Below are positions 35,285-43,497 of a stretch of DNA of 53,631 nucleotides, piece after piece (positions within the stretch are counted from its first letter, which is position 1; every line of letters begins with the position of its first letter). The stretch lies in assembly GCA_031273495.1 (NCBI GenBank), contig JAISRT010000041.1, forward strand, positions 1-53,631. The letters run 5' to 3'. A program made the position numbers and the translations under genes. Below the pieces are notes generated by a model that worked only from the letters and a program-made list of their open reading frames with translations, was not told the DNA's origin and did no database searches. The stretch is from Candidatus Ancillula kalotermitis. Lineage in GTDB: Bacteria > Actinomycetota > Actinomycetes > Actinomycetales > Bifidobacteriaceae.

Positions 35285-35293
35285 AGTATAGCA
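35285..35293 (-). promoter_or_regulatory. Extended -10 box TGCTATACT (minus strand) for glnA (22-nt leader)
   Basis: Spacer ACTGAC, then a leader ATTAGACAGAAAGGACCTAAAT before ATG 35256. Confidence 0.65.
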
Positions 35294-35388
35294 CATTTTG
35301 TAGGCGGACTCAAAAATGCATTGCGTAATGTTAAGGAAATGTTAAGTTACGTGAACTCTTCGTCATTTTTTCATTATCATACCATCAC

Positions 35389-35492
35389 GGGGCCACGGCC
35401 CCCCACCACCCAAGGCCAGTGTAGCATGAAGTCGTGTCGTCAAGGTGCTAAGAGTGCACTGTGGTTAATAAGTGCGGTTTTTATCGAGTGAA
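35389..35492 (+). repeat. Element H copy 2
   Basis: See 11400-11508. Lies between the divergent glnA and rluB promoters. Confidence 0.8.
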
Positions 35493-35509
35493 GTTCGCGC
35501 GAGAGAATA

Positions 35510-35518
35510 TGCTACAAT
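35510..35518 (+). promoter_or_regulatory. Extended -10 box TGCTACAAT, leaderless rluB
   Basis: Spacer ATATGC, then ATG 35525. Confidence 0.7.
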
Positions 35519-35524
35519 ATATGC

Positions 35525-36325
35525 ATGGTAGAAACAGTGAAGATCCAGAAGGTGATCGCACAAGCAGGATACGCGTCTAGACGGGGCGCCGAAGACTTAA
35601 TCCTCGACGGACGGGTTGAGGTAAATGATGAAATTGTGTTAGACGTCGCTATGCGCATTGACCCAACAAAAGACGTTGTGCGAGTTGACGGCGAGAAGGT
35701 GAACTTTGACCGTAATATGGTGACTATTGCCGTTAATAAGCCCAAAGGTGTAGTTTCCGCAATGGAGGATCCGCAAGGTCGCCCTACACTCTCCGATTTA
35801 GTGGGCAACAAATACGGGCGCTTGTTCCACATCGGACGCCTGGACACTGCGACGGAAGGGCTAATACTTATGAGCAATGACGGGGACCTAGCCCAGTTGA
35901 TCGCGCACCCCTCAGGTGAAATACAAAAGGTGTATGTTGCGACTGTGAACGGCAAAGTCAAGGAGTCCGAGTTGAAGCTGCTGGCAAAAGGGTTTGAACT
36001 CAACGATGGCTTCACGAAATTCGATAAGGTCAGGATATTGGCGCATGCGCAGGACCAAACTGTTCTCGAATGTGTGCTCCATAGCGGTAAAAACAGGATA
36101 GTTCGCCGTATGCTGAAATACGTTAACCATCCGGTTCAGAAACTCGTGCGGGTGCAGATAGGGCCAATTCGGCTGGGTGAGTTGAAGTCGGGAAGGGAGC
36201 GTGTCCTGAGCGACACAGAGGTCTCCGCAATCGAAGCGTTGGCGAAGAGGGGCAAGAAGTCCTCTCAGTTTGACATCTCTGTGCGCAAGAAAGACCGTGA
36301 GAAACGACTGGATAGGAGAAAATGA
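35525..36325 (+). CDS. rluB: RsuA/RluB-family rRNA pseudouridine synthase with S4 domain
   Basis: 266 aa with an S4-like N-terminus (KVIAQAGYASRRGAEDLI), catalytic GRLDTATEGLIL and a basic C-terminal tail. ATG lies 6 nt after TGCTACAAT. Confidence 0.85.
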   Translation: MVETVKIQKVIAQAGYASRRGAEDLILDGRVEVNDEIVLDVAMRIDPTKDVVRVDGEKVNFDRNMVTIAVNKPKGVVSAMEDPQGRPTLSDLVGNKYGRLFHIGRLDTATEGLILMSNDGDLAQLIAHPSGEIQKVYVATVNGKVKESELKLLAKGFELNDGFTKFDKVRILAHAQDQTVLECVLHSGKNRIVRRMLKYVNHPVQKLVRVQIGPIRLGELKSGRERVLSDTEVSAIEALAKRGKKSSQFDISVRKKDREKRLDRRK

Positions 36326-37794
36326 ACAATAATAACGCGGTAATTGCAAACGAGCTGAAATTAAAGCGCACTCTGAAGGCTAGACACCTCAATATGATCG
36401 CGCTCGGCGGCTCAATAGGGACTGGACTGTTCTTGGCGTCAGGTGGATCAATCGCTCAAGCTGGACCGGGTGGGGCACTTTTAGCCTACACTCTAATTGG
36501 CGTTATGGTCTACTTCTTAATGACTTCACTAGGCGAGATGTCCACGAATATGCCGACGTCTGGCTCGTTTTCCGAATATGCGAAGCGGTATTTCGACAAG
36601 TCGCTCGGATTTGCGTCAGGCTGGAACTACTGGTTTAATTGGGCAATCACACTAGCGTCCGAGCTGGCTGCAGCGGCCGTGATAATGAAATTCTGGTTCC
36701 CTGACGTGCCGGGCTGGATTTTTAGCCTACTGTTCTTGTTCATCATCTTGGCGTTAAACATCATCTCTGTCCGTGGGTTTGGGGAGTCCGAATACGTCTT
36801 CTCATCGATAAAAGTCGTCACGGTTATAGTGTTCATAATCGTCGGTGCTGGAATAATACTGGGGCTCTGGGGTGGCGAAGGGCACACTGTTGGCTTCGAG
36901 AACTGGTTTATAGGCGATGCGCCCTTCCATGACGGTGTTCTGGGGGTCCTTGCGATAATGATGATTGCGGGGTATTCATTTCAAGGCACTGAACTACTGG
37001 GAGTTGCCGCAGGTGAGACTGACGACCCGAAGAAGAATGTGCCCAAAGCAGTCCGTCAAATATTCTGGCGCATAGTGTTGTTCTATATGCTCTCAATATT
37101 CGTGATTGGCACCCTAATACCATACACTAATGAGAACCTTAGCCTTGAAGATGTCGCGGTGTCGCCCTACACATTAGTCTTCTCGCAAATTGGCATCCCT
37201 GCTGCGGCGTCAGTCCTGAACGCAGTGATCCTAATCGCGGTGCTCTCTGCGGGGAACTCCGGTACTTATGCCTCAACTAGAATGCTGTTTGCGCTGGCGG
37301 AGCAGGGTGAAGCGCCCAAAGTGTTCAGTCAGGTGTCCAAGAACGGAGTCCCTGTTCCCGCGCTGCTGCTCACTATTGCGGTCGGCGGTGCTAGTTGTCT
37401 GAGCTCAATAGTTGGGGACGGCGAAATGTATAACCTACTGCTCAACATTTCGGCGCTGGCAGGGTTCATTACGTGGTTTATCATCGCACTGAGCCATTAT
37501 CGGTTCCGCAAAGCCTTCATTAAGCAGGGTAAAAGCCTGGACGATCTGCCATTCAAAGCCAAGTTCTTCCCAGTCGGTCAGCTCCTCGCACTGTTTCTCT
37601 GTGGGTTCGTCATCATCGGGCAAGGTTTTTCGGCATTTTCTGATACAGGCGTGGATTGGAACGCGCTACTTTCGACATATATTGGCGTCCCAGTATTCTT
37701 CGTAGTCTACTTTGCCCACAAGTTTAAGCATAAAACTCGGCTTGTGCGGCTTGAAGAAATGGATCTCGACGGGATCGATAACATACTCAAGTAA
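36322..37794 (+). CDS. APC-family amino acid permease
   Basis: 490 aa, about 12 TM segments. N-terminal LKRTLKARHLNMIALGGSIGTGLF is typical of amino-acid permeases. Overlaps the rluB stop by 4 nt. Confidence 0.85.
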   Translation: MNNNNAVIANELKLKRTLKARHLNMIALGGSIGTGLFLASGGSIAQAGPGGALLAYTLIGVMVYFLMTSLGEMSTNMPTSGSFSEYAKRYFDKSLGFASGWNYWFNWAITLASELAAAAVIMKFWFPDVPGWIFSLLFLFIILALNIISVRGFGESEYVFSSIKVVTVIVFIIVGAGIILGLWGGEGHTVGFENWFIGDAPFHDGVLGVLAIMMIAGYSFQGTELLGVAAGETDDPKKNVPKAVRQIFWRIVLFYMLSIFVIGTLIPYTNENLSLEDVAVSPYTLVFSQIGIPAAASVLNAVILIAVLSAGNSGTYASTRMLFALAEQGEAPKVFSQVSKNGVPVPALLLTIAVGGASCLSSIVGDGEMYNLLLNISALAGFITWFIIALSHYRFRKAFIKQGKSLDDLPFKAKFFPVGQLLALFLCGFVIIGQGFSAFSDTGVDWNALLSTYIGVPVFFVVYFAHKFKHKTRLVRLEEMDLDGIDNILK

Positions 37795-37798
37795 AAAG

Positions 37799-37807
37799 TG
37801 CTATACT
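37799..37807 (+). promoter_or_regulatory. Extended -10 box TGCTATACT, leaderless lipoprotein gene
   Basis: Spacer ATTGCA, then ATG 37814. Confidence 0.7.
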
Positions 37808-37813
37808 ATTGCA

Positions 37814-38809
37814 ATGACCCAAGAACGATTTTTCACGCGCTCTAATAAAGCCGTTTGTGGTATATGTGCCGCAGTATGTATTTTGCTGACTTTAACGCTT
37901 TCGAGCTGTATTGACTATTCCGCAAAGGACACCGAAAAAGTGGAGTCGAATTCAAATGTGCTACCCAGTCTAAAAGTTGAGTTTGACGGCAAGAATGAGC
38001 CTAAAGTGGAATATGATGCTACTGCCACGATTCCAGTTGAAGTGATTGATGAAAATGCTGACGTCGCTCGGAATGTCTCAAAAGTGGTCAGCCATGGTGA
38101 AGGCACAATCCAGAATGGGCAGACTGTCGCGCTAGAATATTTGTATTATTCGATGCCGGGGTTCTCTAAACAGTTTTCAACTTGGGACGAGGGCGCGAAG
38201 GTGCAGAAGTTGACGGTCAATAAAGATGACCAGGACTCAAATTCACTCTCAAAGTTGCTGTTAGGGCTTGGGAAAGGTGCTATCGTTGCGGTTGCCACTC
38301 CAGGATTTGATATGCAGACCCAGAAACTTGACCTATCTGGCACCAACTACACTGTGCAGATACTCATTGTCGACGACTTCAAGAATCCAACCACGAAAGC
38401 GGAGGGCACACCTGTCGATGATGCCTCATTAGATCCCAAGTTGCCTAAAGTCACGCTCGCTACGGACGGGACACCTTCGATTAAAATACCTTCTAGCTTC
38501 ATTATGCCATCTTCGAGTGTGAGTGAACAGCTTAAAAAGGGCGCAGGGCCGAAGTTGGACAAGGTTTCAAACATCTCGTTCGCGTATTCGGCATTTGACG
38601 CAGACACTTCGGAGTTGATTCAGTCCACTTGGGACACGAAAATACCGTTGACTGCGACGCTAGGGCAGACCAATATGGCGTGGCAGACTGCGCTTGAGCA
38701 CGCATCAGTCGGCGATCAGTATTTAATTATTGTGCCAAAAGGGGGTGAAAACAGCACTTCGAAGGACTTGAACCTGATCTTTGTTGTCGATGTGCTTGAT
38801 GAAATCTAG
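37814..38809 (+). CDS. Lipoprotein with two degenerate FKBP-like repeats (tentative)
   Basis: Signal peptide with lipobox LTLSSC. Two similar halves resemble FKBP-type PPIase folds, but I cannot confirm the catalytic residues. ATG 37814 lies 6 nt after TGCTATACT. Confidence 0.6.
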   Translation: MTQERFFTRSNKAVCGICAAVCILLTLTLSSCIDYSAKDTEKVESNSNVLPSLKVEFDGKNEPKVEYDATATIPVEVIDENADVARNVSKVVSHGEGTIQNGQTVALEYLYYSMPGFSKQFSTWDEGAKVQKLTVNKDDQDSNSLSKLLLGLGKGAIVAVATPGFDMQTQKLDLSGTNYTVQILIVDDFKNPTTKAEGTPVDDASLDPKLPKVTLATDGTPSIKIPSSFIMPSSSVSEQLKKGAGPKLDKVSNISFAYSAFDADTSELIQSTWDTKIPLTATLGQTNMAWQTALEHASVGDQYLIIVPKGGENSTSKDLNLIFVVDVLDEI

Positions 38810-39831
38810 TGTTAAGTAAAATTATTTCTGGTGTGCTTGTAATCGCGGGGTTACTTGTCATGATTTTTGCCATAACGTTCTCCAATAACGAATCGGCAAC
38901 TCAGAATATAGTTAAGGCGGAGCTAGCAATCGATAAGGCATCACCAACTATTGTGATTACTGACACTGGTGTGCTTGAAGCGATGAATCCATCAATCTCT
39001 GCTGTAGTTTCAACAGACTTCGCGGCGTCACTAAATGTTGCGGTCGGTGCATCGTATGACGTCAACGCCTGGATAGAGCAGGTCAATACTATCAATATTA
39101 CGGGGATTTCACCGCAGGGTAAACTTCTGCTCCAAAATAGGGACAACTTAAGAGACGAAGTTCGCGGTACATCCTATTTGTCGGACATCTGGAATTTTCA
39201 GAACACCCAGAAGAACGAGGCAAAAGTAGACTGGGTAAGGCCGAATGACAATAACTACTCGATAATATTTGTGATCACCCCTGACGACACTGCATTTCAA
39301 AGTGGAACTGCTACGATCACGTTCAGCTGGTTAAATAAAAGCAATAGTGCATTTCTGGTGACTGGAGTTGTGATCTCTATCTTCCTATTCGTCTCGGCGT
39401 TATTGCTAGTTGTGTTGAGGCGACGCCAGAATAAAAACGGTTCACATTTCGGGGACGTTAAGCGACTGAAAGATATTGTGGTCACCAAAAACAAGTTCTC
39501 ACTGCCACAGACTGAGCAGATTCAATCGGTGAAAGACTTCATGCAGAACGAGAAAAGTGCAGGCACTAACTCATCTTCACTTCTAACGACGGCAACACTT
39601 GGGCAGAAGCACACTGCGTCCTATTTCACATCAGTCCTCGACGGCAACACTGAGCAGAATGCAACCCCAGAAAGTAACGCGTTCCAGAGCAACAGCCTTC
39701 CTATTGACTCAGCGTCCTTGAGCTTTAAGACTTCGAGACTCATTGTTGAAGATGAGAATAAGACAACCCGAAAGCAACTGCGAAAACGGAAAGACGGTAG
39801 TAGTTCAAAATGGAGAAAGGGACGCAAATGA
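38809..39831 (+). CDS. Hypothetical bitopic membrane protein
   Basis: 340 aa: N-terminal TM anchor, ~170-aa outside domain, second TM (FLVTGVVISIFLFVSALLLVVL), then a Ser/Thr/Asn-rich basic tail. GTG start overlaps the upstream stop. Confidence 0.55.
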   Translation: MLSKIISGVLVIAGLLVMIFAITFSNNESATQNIVKAELAIDKASPTIVITDTGVLEAMNPSISAVVSTDFAASLNVAVGASYDVNAWIEQVNTINITGISPQGKLLLQNRDNLRDEVRGTSYLSDIWNFQNTQKNEAKVDWVRPNDNNYSIIFVITPDDTAFQSGTATITFSWLNKSNSAFLVTGVVISIFLFVSALLLVVLRRRQNKNGSHFGDVKRLKDIVVTKNKFSLPQTEQIQSVKDFMQNEKSAGTNSSSLLTTATLGQKHTASYFTSVLDGNTEQNATPESNAFQSNSLPIDSASLSFKTSRLIVEDENKTTRKQLRKRKDGSSSKWRKGRK

Positions 39832-40850
39832 AGAAGTTTTGCCTACTGTCAGCACTTTGCCTGGTTTTGAGCCTCAGTGTGCCCTTTGGTCTGAGTAGTT
39901 GTGGGTCTGACGAGAGCGCGATTAATGACACTAAAGTGAAGGGAACTGAGAGCGGTGGTGAAAAGAATGTTCCAGTCCTTCAAGTCGAGCAGATTACGCC
40001 AATACTCAGTAAAATAGTTGCCAAGATTGATGAGGCTGCCGCGCAGAAAAACCTCAACCTATTAGATGAGCGCGTCCAAGGGGCGGAAAAGCCTTTGATG
40101 ACGACAAAACTGCGTATTAACGCTAACGACCTGCAAGTTATCCCCTCGATTAAGCAGTATATAGTAACTAACACTAAGTCATGGCCGAGAACGATATTCC
40201 TGATTGGTGAAGATGCATCGACTAAATTGGCGAATAAGCTATATGTGCTCCAGCAGAATAATGTGCGCGATAATTATAAGGTCTCCGCTAGTGTTACACT
40301 TTTTGACTCACAACAACTTCCCAAGTTCGACGTCCCGAATCAGGGGAGCGCTAATGTTAAACTGACCGAAACGGGGTATGAGTCTTCAATCCCGGACATA
40401 TTGACTAAATACTCTGACCTGTTAAGCAACGGGACCGACTCACATTATGCAAACGACTTCGCGATAGACCAGCTCCAGACGCAGATTCGCTCGGCGCATC
40501 AAATTGCCAACGATCAGCTGTCACAGCTTGGGGGGCAACAATCCGAAGTCTTTAACTTTGTGCCCGAAACATTTTCCGCACTGAAAACTTATGATGGTGG
40601 CGCGCTCTGCGTGGCGGAGTTCAAGTCAACTTGGGTGCGCAGTCTGCCAGGGAATTTCTACGCGACGACAGCTACTGAGGCGGAGAAAACACTCTTCGGG
40701 GACAGCCAACGGGGGCACACTATTGAAGCGGACTATATCACTGAAGTTCTAATGTATATCCCCAAGAAAGTGGACAACGCGAAGAATGCGTCAAGTTCAC
40801 TAAAAGTCTTCGGTGCAGAGCGCTTTCCTGTTGAAGTCCGTTCGCGCTAA
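39828..40850 (+). CDS. Hypothetical lipoprotein
   Basis: MKKFCLLSALCLVLSLSVPFGLSSC is a signal peptide plus lipobox. GAGAAAGGGA SD precedes ATG 39828. Overlaps the upstream stop by 4 nt. Confidence 0.65.
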   Translation: MKKFCLLSALCLVLSLSVPFGLSSCGSDESAINDTKVKGTESGGEKNVPVLQVEQITPILSKIVAKIDEAAAQKNLNLLDERVQGAEKPLMTTKLRINANDLQVIPSIKQYIVTNTKSWPRTIFLIGEDASTKLANKLYVLQQNNVRDNYKVSASVTLFDSQQLPKFDVPNQGSANVKLTETGYESSIPDILTKYSDLLSNGTDSHYANDFAIDQLQTQIRSAHQIANDQLSQLGGQQSEVFNFVPETFSALKTYDGGALCVAEFKSTWVRSLPGNFYATTATEAEKTLFGDSQRGHTIEADYITEVLMYIPKKVDNAKNASSSLKVFGAERFPVEVRSR

Positions 40851-40862
40851 GATTGCACCACT

Positions 40863-42038
40863 TCACCGCGCCGACTTCGGGATAATCATTGATGCGAACA
40901 GACTGCTCAAAACCAAGTTCGGTATGCAGTTACGGCTGAGTTTCATGCGTGCATCTTGTATCAGGTCAATTTTGAGGTTGATGTCTTTCAGGGTCTGTGC
41001 AGCCGCCAGGGAAGTAATTTCGTTCTGGTGCATCTTGTTGACAGGTGGCACATTACTTCGGGTCTTCGCCATCATCACATCACGCCAAAGTTCAAGCACT
41101 TGCTGTAGGCGGATGTCAATATAGTCGCGAGCCGCCCGCTTCTTAGCCAGCTCCCTTTCGTCGTCTAATTGTTTGAAACGCACACGGTAGTTTGGTGGTA
41201 TCGTCTTAAGGTCCTGTATGCCTAGCGTGCTCTTAAGTTCGTCCGTCAAGGCGTCGTATCGCTCGTTAATCACGTCTTCATACTCGGTTTTTGCCCCAGA
41301 GATGATGAAGTCACTCAGCATTACTGCGTCGGCAATCGTTTCAAGTCCCAGCGCTCGTTTCGTCACTTCTAGGCGGCTGTCCAGTGCTGACTTATTTTTA
41401 GAGAGATACCGCGCTATCCCGACATGGTTTCCACTCAGGAGTGCACATATTTCCGCAGTTTCAGCGTCAATTCCTTCTGCTATCAGTAATTCCACTACCG
41501 CTTCGAGACGGGGTGTTTTGAGGTGTATCTCAGTCGCCCGAGAACGTATCGTTGGCAGTAAATCTTCACTTGACGGCGCTAAAAGAATCCAGATAGTGCT
41601 GTATATTGGCTCCTCAAGCGCTTTTAATAGGGCGTTCTGTGCTTCAGGTGTTAAGCGATCGGCATCATGTATAATGAACACACGGTATTTCTGGTTGCTT
41701 GGCATAAGCGCAGACTCCGAAATTAACCCACGAACCTCTTTGACACCAATTGACAATCTGTTGGTTTGCACAATATGAACATCACTCAGATCGTTGAAGT
41801 TCTTGTCGTTACCGAGTAGCAGGTGGGTAAATGCGTATGCCAAGTCACTGCGTCCCGAGCCTGGAGGACCACAAAATAGGTAGGTTGAGCTGACCGAATC
41901 GTTTTCTACGGCAGATGTTAAGCAATCGACCGCATTATCTTGGTCAACTACACGTTCAAAATACCCCAGCTTCGCCTTTGCGTTACACCTCCCCGAATTT
42001 GGGTCGATCGCTCCGCGCTCTCTGCTCCCCTCGCTCAT
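40863..42038 (-). CDS. holB: DNA polymerase III delta' subunit
   Basis: 391 aa with an AAA+ clamp-loader-like core (YLFCGPPGSGRSDLAYAF, FIIHDADRLT, PTIRSR). The only canonical in-frame start (ATG 42038) lies inside a repeat element. Confidence 0.8.
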   Translation of the reverse strand: MSEGSRERGAIDPNSGRCNAKAKLGYFERVVDQDNAVDCLTSAVENDSVSSTYLFCGPPGSGRSDLAYAFTHLLLGNDKNFNDLSDVHIVQTNRLSIGVKEVRGLISESALMPSNQKYRVFIIHDADRLTPEAQNALLKALEEPIYSTIWILLAPSSEDLLPTIRSRATEIHLKTPRLEAVVELLIAEGIDAETAEICALLSGNHVGIARYLSKNKSALDSRLEVTKRALGLETIADAVMLSDFIISGAKTEYEDVINERYDALTDELKSTLGIQDLKTIPPNYRVRFKQLDDERELAKKRAARDYIDIRLQQVLELWRDVMMAKTRSNVPPVNKMHQNEITSLAAAQTLKDINLKIDLIQDARMKLSRNCIPNLVLSSLFASMIIPKSAR

Positions 42039-42131
42039 TCATTCGCTCAAACACACTCCACTCATATTCGGCACCGAATAAATCGGACGCCTATTCGCTA
42101 CGCTGGTCGCTTTTGGTGTCATGATAGATTT
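41993..42131 (-). repeat. Element T copy 2, bracketed by the 11-bp direct repeat GTTACACCTCC (41982-41992 and 42132-42142)
   Basis: A 139-nt segment between the tmk stop and the holB core. Contains the holB ATG (42038) and the hairpin GGCACCGA-ATAAA-TCGGACGCC. Confidence 0.75.
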
Positions 42132-42132
42132 G

Positions 42133-42777
42133 TTACACCTCCACCTTCTGGTGTGTCAGCATACAATTCACGGCTTTTGCTACCCGGTCGGCAATAATAT
42201 CGACGTCGTCATCACCGCTTAGAACGAGCCACCGACCGCCCTCTGCAACAGTTTCACCCTCTGACAGCTCAAGGAACTTCTCGCGTGTCCGTTCAAAAAA
42301 GTCAATCTTCGAACTCTCTAAGCGGTCTTTCTTTTCCCCACTGGACTCTACGCGGTTCTTAGAAATGTGCGCCTCGATGTCGAGTAAAACTGTCAGGTCT
42401 GGAGTTAAGCCATGCGACGAAAACTCATTACAGGTCATAATAACGTCCTCGTCAAGTTTGCGTCCTGCAGACTGATAACATATCGTCGAGTCTGAATAGC
42501 GGTCACTAATCACGATTGCACCACGGTCGAGTGCTGGCTTAATCAGTTTTGCCACATGTTCCGCGCGGTCCGCCAAATATAACAGTAGTTCGGTCCTCTT
42601 GTCAATATCGTCGCCATGTAGAATCTCCTGCCGAATTCTCGCACCAATCGGAGTCCCACCTGGCTCTTTCGAGACGACAACTTCACGCTCTGGGAAAAAA
42701 TTACCCAGGAATTCCCTCAACTTGGCGATCTGGGTAGTCTTCCCAGAACCGTCGATACCTTCAAAAGTGATGAACAT
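42133..42777 (-). CDS. tmk: Thymidylate kinase
   Basis: MFITFEGIDGSGKTTQ and the DRY motif (SDRYSDS). ATG lies 6 nt after TGCTATACT on the minus strand. Confidence 0.9.
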   Translation of the reverse strand: MFITFEGIDGSGKTTQIAKLREFLGNFFPEREVVVSKEPGGTPIGARIRQEILHGDDIDKRTELLLYLADRAEHVAKLIKPALDRGAIVISDRYSDSTICYQSAGRKLDEDVIMTCNEFSSHGLTPDLTVLLDIEAHISKNRVESSGEKKDRLESSKIDFFERTREKFLELSEGETVAEGGRWLVLSGDDDVDIIADRVAKAVNCMLTHQKVEV

Positions 42778-42783
42778 TCCACT

Positions 42784-42792
42784 AGTATAGCA
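42784..42792 (-). promoter_or_regulatory. Extended -10 box TGCTATACT (minus strand), leaderless tmk
   Basis: Spacer AGTGGA, then ATG at 42777-42775. Confidence 0.7.
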
Positions 42793-42806
42793 CCGCGTGA
42801 AAAAAG

Positions 42807-42815
42807 TGCTACAAT
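42807..42815 (+). promoter_or_regulatory. Extended -10 box TGCTACAAT, leaderless cmk
   Basis: Spacer AATGGT, then ATG 42822. Lies 14 bp from the divergent tmk box. Confidence 0.7.
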
Positions 42816-42821
42816 AATGGT

Positions 42822-43493
42822 ATGAATAATGTTATTGCAATTGATGGTGGTGCGGGGACTGGCAAGTCGTCTACCGCTAAACTTTTGGCGAGTCGACTAC
42901 ACACGAAATATTTGGGCACTGGTTTAATCTACCGTGCGGCGACGTATTATTGTGTCCTGCATGAAGTGCCACTTGAGGACGAGGTTAGCGTGTATTGTGC
43001 GATTCTACAATTCGTTGAAGAGTATCAGCAGGGGATAGGGCTCAAGACTGATTTCGACCCAGATGACGTCAAGTTTTACTACGCAGGTGTTGAAATAAGC
43101 AGTGCGCTACGTGACCTAGAGCTGACGCGGAAAGTGCAGTTTGTGTCATCGAACCTGCGGGCAAGAGCATTATTAGTGAAGATGCAGCAGGATATTGTCA
43201 CCGAGTTTCATGAGCAAGGTATCGTGCTAGAGGGAAGAGATACAACGGATGTTATTGCACCAGACGCGCGCGTGCGGGTAATCTTAACAGCGTCGAGTGC
43301 AGTGCGCGCGGTGCGACGTGCGAAGGACCTCGGGGAGCTTAATGTGTCCGAAATTGAGAAAAAGTTGCAGGAACGTGACGCGAAAGACGCGGAGGTTACC
43401 TCGTTCGAAGCGCCAAATGATGCGGGTATACACGTTATCGACACATCTAACTTAACAATAAGTGAAGTTGTAGACAAAATAATGCTATACTAA
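42822..43493 (+). CDS. cmk: Cytidylate kinase
   Basis: IAIDGGAGTGKSSTAKLLA...YLGTGLIYRA. ATG lies 6 nt after TGCTACAAT. Confidence 0.9.
   Translation: MNNVIAIDGGAGTGKSSTAKLLASRLHTKYLGTGLIYRAATYYCVLHEVPLEDEVSVYCAILQFVEEYQQGIGLKTDFDPDDVKFYYAGVEISSALRDLELTRKVQFVSSNLRARALLVKMQQDIVTEFHEQGIVLEGRDTTDVIAPDARVRVILTASSAVRAVRRAKDLGELNVSEIEKKLQERDAKDAEVTSFEAPNDAGIHVIDTSNLTISEVVDKIMLY
43483..43491 (+). promoter_or_regulatory. Extended -10 box TGCTATACT inside the last codons of cmk, leaderless glgP
   Basis: Spacer AATGGA, then ATG 43498. Confidence 0.65.
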
Positions 43494-43497
43494 TGGA

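Noticed and set aside
41218-41778. Long antisense ORFs inside well-supported genes: 41218-41778 opposite holB, 4662-5156 opposite mfd, 21668-22180 opposite the kinase, 35512-36015 opposite rluB, 30133-30591 opposite the DHODH-like gene and 16312-16560 opposite the fhaA repeats.
   Set aside because: These are shadow frames of strongly supported genes on the other strand. They have no start-site signals, their composition is low-complexity, and their translations show no recognisable motifs.
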